Below are positions 37,069 through 51,300 of a stretch of DNA of 64,000 bases, piece after piece. Both the position numbers and the translations under genes were made by a program. How positions within the stretch are numbered: the stretch's first letter is position 1; each line of letters opens with the position of its first letter. Below the pieces are notes generated by a model. The model did not search any database. It had not been told where the DNA came from and was given only the letters and a program-made list of their open reading frames with translations. The stretch is from Dipteris shenzhenensis (Eukaryota). Location of the stretch: NCBI GenBank assembly GCA_047967505.1, contig CM106538.1; one strand, given 5' to 3'.

Positions 37069-40060
37069 TATCAAGGGATTTATCAATTCCTGTAAGATTA
37101 AAATATGTGTCTTCATCCTCAATATCATGATTTCCACATCCATATCTTTTATTTTCTCTATTTTTATCATGAGTAAAGTATGAGCTTCTTCCTTCTCTGT
37201 CAGGCATTCTGTTACTACTGAACTCTGTTTTGTTGGAGCCACTGGTTCTCAAAATCAATTATTACAAATGCAGGGAAATATTTAGCAAGGGATAAGAATT
37301 GAGATGAAGAAGTTTCAGGTCCCTCTTTGATCACCTGTTCTGATTCAACCTGAGCTAAGGGACCTATTGGTTCATACTCTTCTATCTTAGCCAATTGATC
37401 TTCAACACATAGATTTCTTTTTCCAATTCATGTACCTCTTTGTTCAGTAATAATTAAGACAAATTATCATCCCAATGTTGAGCTGGTTGTTTCTGCAAAT
37501 GGAGCAGCCTATTGTCCACTTGCACCCATAAGTGAACCATATGCTGCATAAGTTTGTCTTTTAGCATCCCTTGTTAGATGTGTACTGACCATTTCCTCAA
37601 TGCCTTAGTTGTTTGTTGGTTTTCAATCAATCAGCTTTGAGCTGCTCCACATCTCCTCCACATCCTATTGTAGCTCACTTTTTCCTGTTGTGTCAACATT
37701 TTCTATTCTTCCACCTTGTACTGTATATCCTGCTTTAGGCAGTGATTCTATTCCATCAAAACATCATTATCTTCTTTCAATTGCTGCCATTCTAACTATA
37801 CGTTTTGCATCCCTCTATATTATTGTACTTAGAATCTCTATAGAAGATTAATGGCTTCATCTACATCAGTAAATGTTATTTGATCTTCATAATTTTCCTC
37901 AAGATTTTGTTCTCTATTTTTTGGATTCTCGTGTGTGTAGTGGTGACTGTTGTGGTGAGTGCCTTTGCTGTGGTGAGTTCAGATGCTCTTCCTCCACTGG
38001 GGTGTTCCCCCATGACTCTCTAGCCTCTATTCTTTTGGATTCTCTTGTATTGCTTTTTTGGCATGGTTTTTTCAACTTGCTGCACTTATTGTCTTTTAGC
38101 TTCCTACTCATCTCTGTTGCATGGTCTCCTATGGATGGTCTTGCATCTAATTTTTAAATTGGGCTTTTTGGTTGATTTGGGTTTGGTCTGTTGGTGGGTA
38201 ATTTCCAGTGGGTTTTGAAAATCCTTCTGTCCTCCTACTGCTGCCTCAATTTTTGATTGCTCATAACCAGCCTCCCTCAGTAGTTTGACTATTTCCTGTC
38301 TTTGAATCTCTTTCCCGAGGCGTTGGTTGTCTAGTTCATTTTCCTCATCCAAAAATGGGAAGCACTGGTGTGGCTTTGGACCCTCCAAAATTTTAATAAA
38401 TAAAGTATATAGTATCAATCGGTGCTTGTTGGGAGTGGTTCTCTTTGCCACTGATTTTTCCCATTATCCATTCATGCATGAACCCAACCCAATTCACTGG
38501 ATTACCGAGCTCAACAAAATGCATCAATGAATAATTATCCTTTGAGATGTAATCATACGTAGTCGAAAGTAACATCCTTTCCAGAAAAAATTTTCATTGG
38601 CAACGTCTCTAACCCTTCAAAAAAATCTTGGCATAAAAGTAGCCCTTTGAATGCACTTTCTCACCGAACTCCTTTATCATAACTTCATCTGGCTACCGGC
38701 TTAGAGCCTTTGTTGGTGCATTTGGAATAAATAGTAATTTGAAAACCTAAGCTACCACCTCGACTATCACGGACAATTACGATGTGAGCATGCCTTTTGT
38801 GTCCCGCAAATGATCTAATTGGCCTTTTCCTCCATAGTCATTGCCCACTCCCACCAAGGAAGATGATAATAATCATAGAGTCCCATCTTATGTAACCATG
38901 CAATATTTTGGGGACCAGTCGTATATAGATCACGCTTAAAATCCTAGAAATCACAAGTTGAATTGTCTCGTGACCTTTTCTTTGTGGGTCGAGGTGATTC
39001 CACTAATTTGTCATCGATGTTAGTACTCACTTGACTGTGCAGTGACCATTGTGATGGTTGTGGCCATCACTTGTAAACTAGAAGAACTGATTGCAGCTCC
39101 TTTACCACCCATGTGCTCTTCAGCTATGGGTTTGAGATTAGTCCGCATGTTGTCAAACCAATGGGAATAAAAGGGATGATTATCTGAGTGTTGAAGAAGG
39201 TGCAGGACAATGGGAAATTTGGATTGACTATTGTGAACAAAGTGAAATGCTGATTTTTGCATGCATTGAAACACCTGCACATATGAAGTGTCATTGTTAT
39301 CACTTCCTTGCATGATTTCCCTTTTTAAAGGCACAATGTAACGAACCATCGAATCTTCAAAAGTCCAATGTCCGACCAACTAGTCCAAAGTGAGAATCGT
39401 ACTTGTTCCTGAATCTGACAAATGGCTTCAGTCAGAACCCATTGACTACTTTTAATGATACATCAAACAGTCGGAATGTGCCTTGGCCTAAATCCTTCAT
39501 AGTTTTGAATGGTCCATCATATCTTAACTTCAATTTTCCAAGGAACTTCCCCAATTTTGTATTAAACATCAGTACCCAATCTCCTTCCTTGAAAATTTTA
39601 AATTTAATGTTTTTGTCAACCCAAGATTTTCTTCACTCTTGGATGACTTGGGTAGTATGTCGACTTTCAAGTCGGTCTTCTTCCAATTGATTCAACTGCT
39701 ATCATTGGAATTGTATTGGCTCCTCTAGATTTAGCTTCTCTACTAAGACTCGTAAACTAGCGGTTACAAATTCCATGGGAGCTACCGCCTCAACTCCATA
39801 GACCAGCTTGAAGGGTGTCATTCCCACCTTGAATGCTGTTCGGAATGCCTACAATGCTAAATCGAGATTTGTGTCCCAGTCTATCATATTTTACGAAACT
39901 GTCAATTTCAAAACCCGCTTCATGATTTTGTTAGAACTTTCTACCTGTCCAGCTAGGATGGTATGTTGATACAATTTTATGAACAATCATGTGAACTTTT
40001 GTCAGTTTTTTTATGCTTCTATTTAGGAAGTGTCCTCCTTGATCCAATACTAATTCTACA
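37069..40060 (-). mobile_element. Ty3/gypsy 3' fragment: integrase core and C-terminus plus downstream accessory ORF remnants
   Basis: DQGGHFLN..YHP near 40040-39950; TPFKLVYG, FKEGDWVL and LKLRYDGPFK-type motifs at 39820-39500; degraded ORFs at 37100-38700. Confidence 0.75.
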
Positions 40061-40149
40061 ATCCAATAAGTATGGTGGCTAGTGAGGATATATGAGGTGC
40101 ATAGAATTGCACCACTAGATAATGAGGATATGCAAGATGCATAGAATTT

Positions 40150-40700
40150 CATGAAATTGCATTGTTGGGTATGGATTGGGATTTCAAGACACCATCATAA
40201 CACACATTGCACACAAATATAGTGGACAAAGCCTATGCTAAAGAGAAAGATAATATCAATAGCAATCCTTACTAGCAAATGCAACAATGGTCTTGGATGG
40301 ATGGAATCACCATCTCCTATTGAATGTAATACTTACATCACCTGAGGGGGGCTTTCCATACGTCAATTGATGCATCACACACAAACAAGTCATGTACCTA
40401 TATAGTGGGTGTATTGTCAAAGGGCATAAGACAAGCAGGTTGTTATGCACAATGCCAAGAGTTATAAGGCCATTACAATACTATAGAGGGAGTTTAAAAT
40501 TTTATATACATCTACATGTAACACACACTTTAAATCTTCTCTTAGAAAGATAATACAAATGTGTAGCATCGTTCAAGAGAATCGTACATAAAGCCCATGA
40601 TATCATAAAATTGAAACATTCAAAGAATCCTCTAAATGAGTCCTCAACATAAAGTCTTGATATGGAAGTATGTGCTTTGAAAGTTCTCAATTGGTGCATT
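40150..40700 (+). pseudogene. hAT transposase fragment (DUF659-like region)
   Basis: VLDGW..LLNVILTSPEG..SIDAS..K...YI..L..GI, then HTLNLLLE. Confidence 0.7.
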
Positions 40701-42089
40701 GCTTTTGGTGAAATCTATAAATGACTCGTCAACAAAAAGTCATAAAATGTTAGTAGGTGTTTTGAAAGTCCTCAATTTGAATGAAGATTTCATGGCCATT
40801 TTTAGTGTCAATGCCGCCTTTTGTATGATGGTCCTCTATTACGAATGCAAGGCAAGGTCTAGTGGCATTTTTTTTATTTTCATGGGGTGATAAAGCTAAA
40901 TGACAAAGCTCTTACATGTTGGTAGGGGAAGGGTTCTCTTCGAACCAGTTTAAGGATATTTAGTAGTTTGCTAATTATGGTTAGGCCTTGTTGAAAAGAG
41001 AATGTTTTGGCACTTAGAGACCAAAATATATATTCAAATATGTATACCCTTTCTTTTCATGAGATTGTTGAGCGACTATATGATTAGCTTGCCTTTCAAG
41101 TAGTTAATATATCCTTTTGCATATGGATCTTCTCTACTTTCTTGGTCTTCTGATTAACAAAAGAATTTATGTCTCTAAGGTGCATAAGAGACCAAGGCAA
41201 GCTTGATGGTTGGAGGGAAAGTGCTCTTGGAGGGAAGCCGCAAGAAAGCGACAGGTAGCCAGAAGGTCGCGAGCCGCATTTCCAACGGCTTTCCAATCAG
41301 GAAAGTGCAACCAGAGCAATTTCTCAACCATCAAGGTCAAGTGAGAGAGGGGGTTGATAGAGTAAAGGATGGTAATTACTCAAATTTGGCAGTGGAAGAG
41401 GGTAAATGGTAGCGACGACGTTGACATGTAGACAATGTGGGCATGTGATGTGATAATTGGTACATGTTGCGACAATAGGGCATCGACTACGACTTTTCAA
41501 TGGTGCAAAGCGGCCAAGGAAGACTGCACTACGCAAATGGGCCAAATGGCAGATATGATTGTGCATGGCCAAGAGATGGCCAAGGCAAACTATACAGGCT
41601 AGCTGCACTTAGATGAGCAAATGGCGTAGAGTTAATCACACAAGCAGATGCAGAGAGCAGATGGCACAAGGAGACGTGCATACCAGATTGGATGATGCAA
41701 ATGCAAACTGAGACTGCAAACTAATGCACATAGCAGAGGAGCATATGTACAATGAGACACCTGACAAGGTGTTGTTTGGTGTGGAACGAGCAACTTGTGG
41801 GGAGAAGGCACAGCTGGATAAGTGGTGCAATGTGTTCACGCATGTATCTGCGATATCAATTGAGTGTAGAAGCAAAGAGAAGCTTTCAAGGTCAAGGCCC
41901 CTAGGTAGATAATTTTTTCTATACTTCTGGGGGTGGCATGGATCGTGTATTTCAACTAATTGTATAAGAGCCTTGTTGAAAATTTATCGTAGTCTACATC
42001 AACGCTGAACAAAGGAGTTCCTTCTTGATTGAGGAAGCTCAATGTTCAGTTAGATCCTGCAACCCATTAACACAACAAGTTTACCTTGA

Positions 42090-44520
42090 GATGGCTAGCC
42101 AGTTGTCCATCTCCAACTTTGAGAAAATCGGAAAGCTTGACAAGTCCAACTATCCATTGTGGAAGATGAAGAGTGTTAGTCACATAGTTGTCAAACGTAT
42201 CTAGCAAATTATTGCCGTAATGGAGTCAAGACCCAAGGACATAAAAAATGCCATTAGAGTGGTACCCATAGCAATGGATCGATTGCAACACGAGATTGGG
42301 TAGTGCAAGATGCAAAGGCTTTGTCATCAAGACTTTTGCAAATGCCACCCTTTTACTAAGATGTCAAGCACAATCTTGGAAGGTGCTCAAGGAGATTTTC
42401 CAAGTGAATAATGAAAGCTTGAATACTCAACCTCGAGACAAATCTTCACATAGGAAGATGGATGAGGGAAACTCGATACAAGGCTATACATCATGAAGGT
42501 TAAGTGCACTTGGACAAAAAATGGAGTCAGATGTCAACACAATTTTGGAAGTTGCTCAAGGAGATTTTCGAAGTGAGTAATGAAAGCTTGAATATTCAAC
42601 CTCGAAACGAATCTTCACAATAGGAAGATAGATGAGGGAAACTCAATACAGGGCTACATCATGGAGGTTAAGGTTGCACTTGGACAAAGAATGGAGTCAT
42701 CCTGGATTGCTAAATTGGTGCTGGGCATGCTTCCCCATAACTACAAAGGGTTCGTGATGACCTTAATTGCAAGGTAGAGGTTGGTGCCTATTACTTTTGA
42801 AGAGCTGGTGTGATCGTTCTTACAAGGAGAGGCTCAAGAAAAGAAACTTTGCACATTCGGAGACAAGACCTTGGCAAAAGGGAATGGTCAACGAAGACCC
42901 GAGAAGAGTACAAGGGTACAAGGCATGCTTCAACTCTAACAAGATGTACAAGAGATGCTAGCCAATTGGGCCATTTTACCAAGGACTACCGAAGCAAGAT
43001 GGTGATTCCAGGAAGTGCTCCAAAGATGCCAAACTGGTTCGAGTGAATGCAAAGTGGACAAATGTCGTCAAGGAGGACCATGGGTGATGGAAAGGTGTTC
43101 TATACTCGCGGTACCTAGGAGTGGCCAGGATGACAACCAAAACTCTCACCCACTGAGAGGAGAAAGTACACAAGGGAATAACGTACGTCTCAAACTTGTG
43201 CATAAACCCGTTGTACATCAATCAACTTGCAAGGAGCAAGATGAGTGTGGTCTTCAATAAAGATGATGTTGTCAAACACTCCAAAGTCCCGAGCATAGTG
43301 ATTGTGAAAGGAGTAGAGGCGGAAGGCCTCAACAAGATTAGTGCACGAATGGTACGAGATGAGAGAGATGCCTCAAGATCCTAACATGAAAAAGTCAACC
43401 ATGCCAAATATCCTATCCTAGATACATTGTAGAGAGATCCAAAATGATGGACACTAGGCTCCCACCAAACATTCTCAAACATTGGACTTGAATGGAAAGC
43501 AATCAACTCCAGAAATCCATTCTTGATGATGGCCATGATTTCAAGCCATGAAACTATTGTAGCTCGTCCACTCCAACATCGCTGGGCCCATGCACATGAG
43601 ATCCCTAATCGAATGAGTACTTCCTCATGTTCATTAATAACAACAATCAAGTGACATGGATTTACACGTTATCTAAGAGGCCTTTGACATGTTCCTAGAG
43701 TGGAAAATGAAGGTCGATTGTTGAAAACATTTTGGACTAACAAAGGTGGAGTTAACATTGATGGAGTTTTGCAAGTGCTACAGATTCGAGATCAAATGGC
43801 AAGGACATCTTAGAAGAATGGGACAACACAATGTAAGAGCCACGTGATAGTCAAGAAGTTGATTGTGTTGACAGGGAAGGACCTCCAACAATCGTTCTAG
43901 GGAAAGGTAGTCAACCCTACCATAAATGTAAAGAAGACCACTTTGGTGTGTGGAGACACTGGACAACTTTGGGAATGCCAATATCCCAGAGACTAGTTCC
44001 GAGGGTTATGGAGGTCGAGGCAACTCCAAACGTGACTATGGTGGACTAGCTTTGACGGCTCAAGTCAAGTAGATAAAGTAGCCGAGGTCCTTTGTAGAGG
44101 CAAGGGACAATCCAAATTGGCAATTGGCAATTCGCAATGGAGATGGAGATGAACTCCATTGAGAGGAACCGGACGTGGGATCTAGTTCCGAGGTTGACCT
44201 CGTGGAGGGTTCTTATGAACCAAGTAGATATAGAAAATCAAGTTCTGATCTGATGAGATGCTTGACGAGTATAAAGCCAAGCTGGTGGCAAAGGGATTTG
44301 CAGAGATGGAAGGGCTGCACTGCGCCGACATGTTTGCTCCCACAACATGAATGGAGACGATCCAGATATTGATTGCATTGGAAGCCCATTTGGAGTGGTC
44401 CATCTTCTAGATGGATGTCAAGCCAGCCTTCTTGAACGGGAAGCTGAATGAGGCCATCTAAGAAGGCATTGTAGGGGCTGAAACAGGCCCACAAACACAG
44501 TACCAGCGGATTGACAATAC
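42090..44520 (+). mobile_element. Highly decayed, internally deleted Ty1/copia remnant
   Basis: KLDKSNYPLWKMK, TWDLVPR, YKAKLVAKG, MDVKPAFLNGKL.EAI; about 170-bp tandem duplication in gag (42360-42699). Confidence 0.8.
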
Positions 44521-45230
44521 TTCAGAAGAATCGGCTTGCTCCCACAACACAAATCGACACTTTGTTCAAAGTCTCAACTCATCATATTCCACCAACCTGG
44601 AAACCCCGATAATCAATATGCCTTTCTGTTCAGACAAAAACACATCTTTCGTGGCCTTCTACAAACTAGTGGAGCAAGCTCTTCCAATGGTATTAACATG
44701 TGCTCTCAATCAATCTGGAACCTTTGCCAGCAGAGAATAGAGTTTAAAGACTAGCATCTTACAGCTTCAAACTGAAATTCAATAATGATAGACATGGCAA
44801 TTTCATATCCGTGATCTGAATACTTGTCTAAATAAGGTGATTCAATGTGTTGTGAATGGGATTCCCAAGCATGCTTAAGGATCTCTTGGCACCACGACTG
44901 CATCCCAACAGAAAATGCCTGGTCTGAGCGTTACATTTGATAATGAAATCCTTTGTAAATCTGGGAGAACAGCCAGGTGAAGTCGATCTGGTTAAGACCA
45001 ATCTTGATACAGCAATTGCGACCAAGGTGACACAATGGAATTACTGTTTCTCATGACCTACCTGAAATAATATTACAGTTACAAAAGCTTAGAATTGCTG
45101 CGTCCTACAGACAATGGCACACTAAAAAAAATCTGAGCATATGCCATACAATTTACTCTAAAATCAACTATCCACCCCCACAATTCAAGGGAAGCTTAAG
45201 ATCACTCATAGACATTAATAACCAGCTGTA

Positions 45231-47646
45231 TTACCTTATTATATTATAATGCACCTTACTTGCCCCCTGCAATATTTTACAGAGCTTGCTGCTCATTTCA
45301 GCCAGCGAAACTGGCTTGAGCACAATTCCATCCATTCCGACCTTCAAGCAGCGCTCCTGTGTACTTTTGTCTGTGTCAGCTGTGAGAGCTACCACCAAAG
45401 GCCGTCTTTCTGGATGGATGTTCTTTTGGATGCGTAGTGCCACCTCATAGCCATCCATCTCTGGCATCCATATATCAAGTAGCAACAATTTAAACATTCT
45501 TCCAGGTTGTGCAAGTGTAGCTAGGCACTGGCGCCCTGACTCTACAACCGTTGCCTGGCAGCCCAGTTTCTCAAGCAGCTGCCTTGTTACAGTACGATTG
45601 ATAAGGTTGTCATCTGTTACAAGCACTTTGAGCCCTTTCAGATCCTCCATATATAGAGGTTCCTGCTGAGGTACACCAACTGACGGGGAAGGAAGCTGAA
45701 GGCGTACCACAAAGGTGACCACAGAACCTAAACCAAGGCCAGCACTTTCAACCCATATATGACCATGCATAAGCTGCATTATTCCCCAAACAAGTATCAA
45801 TCGTGAGAAAAAGGTAGAAAAATTTTGCAATGCAAAATAACAAACTTGAAAGGTGCGAGCAAAAAAGTAGGCTTACCTGCACAAATTTCTCACAAATGGC
45901 CAAACGAAGCCCAGCACCACGCTGGTGATTGAAGGCCACATTCGCATACTGTACAACTTTATGGAACATTTTTGATATTTCATTTTCTGCAACACCCATG
46001 CCTGTGTCCCTCACTTCCACACGCAGAAACATAAATCCATCACGTACAGAGGGGCGCCACACTGGATTCCGTGGATCCCACCTAAACTCTTCTTTTTTGT
46101 CAGCCCTTACTGTCACGACCACATTTCCCTGATTAGTAAACTTTATAGCATTCCCGATTAGATTCAAAGTTACCTGAAGGAGGCGCTTTTCATCTCCAAT
46201 CACATGCTGGGGTATTTCTGTTGAGAGTTCCAATGAAAATTTGAGGTTTTTGCTTCTTGCCATAGGGATGGCAAAATTGGCAGCCTCCCTGAAAACTGTT
46301 GGCAGCTCGAAGGGCTGAAGTTCAAGAGCCAGGCCTCCATCCTCAAGCCTGGAGTAATCCCGCATATCATTGATGATATTTGAGAGCAGACCACTACTCT
46401 TTGCCACTGTCTCTACAACAGCCCGCTGCTCATTGCTCAAACTAGATTCCTGCAACAATGATGAAAGAGCTGTAACAGCATGCAAGGGAGTCCGCATTTC
46501 ATGATTCATTACGACCAAAAAATCATTCCTGGCTTGGACAGCCATCTCTGCATCTCGCCTGACCAACTGTAGAGCCTTATTCTGTTCAACTAACTGGTCT
46601 TGTATTCTATGGGATTCCTCTAGCACAGCAGCATGAGAAAGAGCCACAGCCACTTGATCAGCCACCCCTTCCACTATCTCCAGTTCATTTTCACCCCACT
46701 CCCTTCCAGGTGCATGGGGCAGTCCTAGGACCATTATTGCATATGTTGTATCCAGCCTCTGTGGTGTACCACTCTTGAAATTTGAACATATCAGCAAAGG
46801 AAGCCTGACTGCAACCATTGGCCCAAGCACTGCAGCGGCATGGCTGCTTGCTACTCCAAGAGCAGAATCGGCAGGGACAACTACCACATTCCTAGATTCT
46901 TGCACCATTTTGACCAATTCATCAGCCATAGGCACCAGCACAGGGACTTGCAATACCCGCCGCTTCAGTTCATGAGTGAGCTCAAGTGTGTCACTTTTGG
47001 AATCTGGCATCCATATGGTGCAGTTTTCCAAATTAAGTATTTTTCCTAGCTCTTCCAGCATAATTGCAAGTATGGTATGTTTATCTATTGAGCTCCGAAT
47101 CTCTTGAGTGAGCATGCGTACATGCCTTCCTGCCGCCTCCTGCCTTTTAATCAAATCGACTTCACGATTCAGCTCCTCAGCCTTGTTTCTTAGGAATAGT
47201 TCTCTAACTTTCACATTTAGCAAAATTGGAATAATATGAACAACGGAAATTGCAGTGGCGCATGATACGAGAGCTGTAAGTACTTTCAAGATAGTTTGAA
47301 TCAGCATTATATTAAATGAATGAGGTCCATAGGTCCACATGGATACAAAGTGTGTTAGACCACATAGCACAATAAATGCTCCAAACTGAGCTACCACCCA
47401 CCAAAATGGGAATACTTTTGTGCAGCTGAAAAAATACAGTAGCTCAAGGGGGATCGAGAAATAAGCCAATGCAATGAGGAAATCGCCTACAAGCTGGAAG
47501 TGCATCATAATTTCCAGATTCCATCCAGACTCCTCACAGTTACAAGGGCCCAATGTATGTGGGCTACTAGGTGCACCGATCACTGCCACTGATATTGCCA
47601 AAAGGAGAAGAACACCCAACAAAGGCATCCACATCCGGGTCATCAT
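45231..47646 (-). CDS. ETR: Ethylene receptor (hybrid His-kinase with receiver domain), about 770 aa
   Basis: Exon 47646-45877, GT-AG intron 45876-45774, exon 45773-45231. Motifs CNC, DFLIALAYFSIPLELLYF, FIVLCGLTH, GAF, MNHEMRTP, NLIGNAIKFT, DTGMG, LLLDIWMPEMDG. The last few codons could be alternatively spliced to an acceptor near 45062. Confidence 0.96.
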
Positions 47647-47919
47647 GGCAAGTGCTTTGTAGACAATAATAGCACACACTCTCTCCTGTGAAAGCAATTC
47701 AAGCTATTCAGCTACAGCTCAGAAGCTAGCCCAGAAAATGGGAAAGCACCATCAAAAGTTGACCTACATAGAAACGTTGTACAATTAATAGGATGGCGTC
47801 AAGCTTCAGAGTGCCAACTGTGAAGAGAATCCATGCAGTAAAGTTATTTGACCAAACTCTACCCTTTCTTTTCTGAAGACGAGACTTGCAATGGTCAAAC
47901 AATGCTAATTATTGTTAAC

Positions 47920-47922
<3 letters not shown>

Positions 47923-47961
<39 letters not shown>

Positions 47962-47971
47962 ACACACACAC
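47923..47971. repeat. (CT)n plus (CA)n microsatellite upstream of the receptor
   Basis: Directly visible. Confidence 0.9.
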
Positions 47972-48319
47972 AACTCAACGACAATCTCTCTTCAGGCCAA
48001 AATACAAAAAAGAACCGGCTCTCATGAGCCTGAGGTGGAAATAAGCAAATGGGAGAATGAGAACAAAATTTGCAAAATATGCCATCAAGAGAAGTTGAGG
48101 GATGAACACCATACATTTCTTCTATACTGGAGATATCAGCACATCAGGGAGGAATACAAGATACAAGCTCTCACAGCCACAAAATCTTTGGGCATGCGGG
48201 CAACCTGGTCGGATTCTATGCTAAAAAAACTTTTAGAACAATGTAGTTGGGTCTTCGATAGGTGCTCACACACTAGCAGCATGTGCATAAGAAAAATATA
48301 CTGTTCACAGCTAAATTTA

Positions 48320-51300
48320 GAGCTGTAACCTATAATCTTGGTACAGTAACTTTCCCCTTAGATCCTGTTGGTTCTCTTGTGCACATTAATAACATCAAGT
48401 CATATTTATTATGATCTGCATGGTGAAACATGACATTCAAGGGGCTAATCATAAGGCATCACAAGAAGGGATTCATGCGCTCAAAAAGAGCCACAGGATG
48501 CCTTGAAAGCAGGCAATAATGCCATAAAGAAGACCTTGGACAATCCAGCCTCCTATATCAAAGCTCTTGGATTGGAGGTACAGTAATTAAAGCTACAAAG
48601 GTTCCCAATTCAAGCACTTTGGACTGCTTGAGGACTGAAAATGTTAAGAAAATATGGTAAGTTGCATTTCATTGGCACAACAACATCAGGAATATGAGAA
48701 CTCACAGGAACAACCCTTGTCCACCCAGTTGTATATATACCCCTCATCTTCATTTTGAAAGTAGTATACAATTAGTGGTGTCCACTCCTCTCTCTCACCC
48801 ATATCTTCTAACATGGTATCAGAGCTCCCTCTTGTGAGTAAGCCTTCTGTTGAGGCATAAAATCTTCCTTCTAAGACATTGTCCATTGTTTACCTTCCAA
48901 CTTGTAGTACCTTCATTTCAAGACAAAAACTCTTGGTTTGGATTCACGGAACTCGAGTTATTGCTTTATAAAGAATGTGGTTCTTTTTGTGAAGTTTGTG
49001 TGGTTTTGTAAATGAGAAAGAAAGAGGTTTGTGACTGAGAGACAATGAAACATCCCAAGCTTTTCGTTGAATCACGGGCACAGGCACTTGGTTTATCCTC
49101 CCAGCCAACCTCGTGGGTTGCAAGCTTCTCTGCTGAAAATCCAGAAGGATCTGTTTTCGTAAAAGCTTTTGCTTGCTTAATCCCAACGAGCCCCAAAACT
49201 CCCTAGATGGATCTAGTATGCCACATCTCTGCAATTTAGGGTCCTTCCTTAATGCATCATTTACCCCTCTCTTGGGATATCTATTAAACCATTTGCCCCT
49301 AGGCACAATTCATGCATTTAGGTCCCTTAGCCTTAGATCCACCTAGTCTAGTGCCATGACACCCTCACCAAGGACCTTGACCTTTATTCCTTTCTTGATC
49401 ATTTACATGAAGCCCAAACAAATATAATACAAACATTGATCCTTTAAAGGAAAATGTCGACTGACCCTTCCGAGGTCCTGTTACCTCGACTTGAGCGTAA
49501 CATTCCTTCCCTCTTCAGGCATCAGCGTCCTCGATGATAAAGTCTGGGAACACTCTCCGTAACTGGTATACGGATTCCCAGGTAGCTTTTGATAGAGGTA
49601 GACCATGCCATGCAACCAACACCGTGGGTATCTTTCGATTGCGTACTTGCATTGTTCCTCGGTCCAGGATTCCTGTTGGTTTGCGTCTTGCATTATCCTC
49701 TATCTCCTGAAACAAAACAACACCCTCGATTAGTGAGTCACCTGTATGCAAAAATTTCTTTAAACGAGAAACATGAAACACTGGGTGCACCTTACAACCC
49801 TGTGGCAATTCTAATTTATAGGCTACCTTGCCTATTCTTTTTAGAATTACCCCATGGCCCACAATATCGAGGTGATAACTTGGCACACTCTCCTGCAGTC
49901 AATGACTTAGAGTGCGAAGGAACTCTGAGAAAAACTTTTTCTCTTTCCTTAAATTCTCTAGCGGATCGGTTTTCATCTGCATACGCCTTAGCTCTATCCA
50001 TAGCTTGGCGGATGTTAGCTCTCGCAAGTGCTAGCATCTCCCGCATCTGAACCACAAAGTTCGCGGCACTAGGCACTTTCTGAGGTATTCCAACTATAGT
50101 TGGATTCGCTGGTCTATAACCATAGTTTAGCTCAAACGGACTGATCCCTGTAGAGGAATGTTTTCTATCATTGTAGGCAAATTCTAACAATGGCAACCAC
50201 TTGTCCCATATATGTTGCCTCAATGACACATATGCTCTAAGCATATCCTCTAAAATTTTGGTTGATTCTTTCCGTCTGACCATCCGTTTTTGGATGATCC
50301 CCACTGCTCATTCCCAACTCAATCCTTAGTGTCTCAAATACCGCAATCCAAAAATGACCGGTAAATTTGACATCTCTGTCTGACACTATGGATTTGGATA
50401 ATCCATGCAAACGAAATATATGTCTAATAAACAAATCCGCCACTTGTGGGGCACTAACAGACTCTCTAGTTGAAATGAAGTGAGCCATTTTGGTAAGACG
50501 ATCAACCACCACAAGGATAGAATCATATCCACCTTGTGTCGTAGACAGACCTACAATAAAGTCCATGGAAATGCTCTCCCACTTACCTAGTGGTATCTCC
50601 AAGGGCTGTAAAAGTCCGGGTGGCTTCACCCGCTCTACCTTACTTACCTGACACGAAAAACAACGTCACATATTCATGAATATGCTTTTTCATCTTTGGC
50701 CAAAAGAAGCCCAAGGCCCTCTTGAATCGTCATGGCCCTCATGGAGCAAAGCCGTATAGTGGCTGTATGTTCCGCAGCAGCTGGAGCGCACTGGTAATTA
50801 AATACCGAATCTATCTGCACTATCACGTCAGTGACTCTCGTCTTCCACACCTTTAATTCGTCAACAGCTTACGTGAACCCACAGTGACTTGGTCGTGCGC
50901 TGCTTATCAGCTCTACCCTTGATCATTCTGCGCGCTTCTCTTATTATCCAACGTAACGATGATCTGAACGGTCTACTCTCCACAGATCGTACCAAAGCTC
51001 TGATACCAAATGAAACATCCCAATCTGATTTCTTCCGGCTTTTCGTTGAATCACGGGCACAGGCACTTGGTTTATCCTCCCAGCCAACCTCGTTGGTTGC
51101 AAGCTTCTCTGCTGAAAATCCAGAAGGATCTGTTTTCGTAAAAGCTTTTGCTTGCTTAATCCCAACGAGCCCCAAAACTCCCTAGATGGATCTAGTATGC
51201 CACATGTCTGCAATTTAGGGTCCTTCCTTAATGCATCATTTACCCCTCTCTTGGGATATCTATTAAATCATTTGCTCCTAGGCACAATTCATGCATTTAG

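Noticed and set aside
47647-47697. ORF-track N-terminal extension of the ethylene receptor
   Set aside because: Begins at a non-ATG codon and crosses a likely splice acceptor; ATG 47646 or a nearby downstream ATG is preferred.
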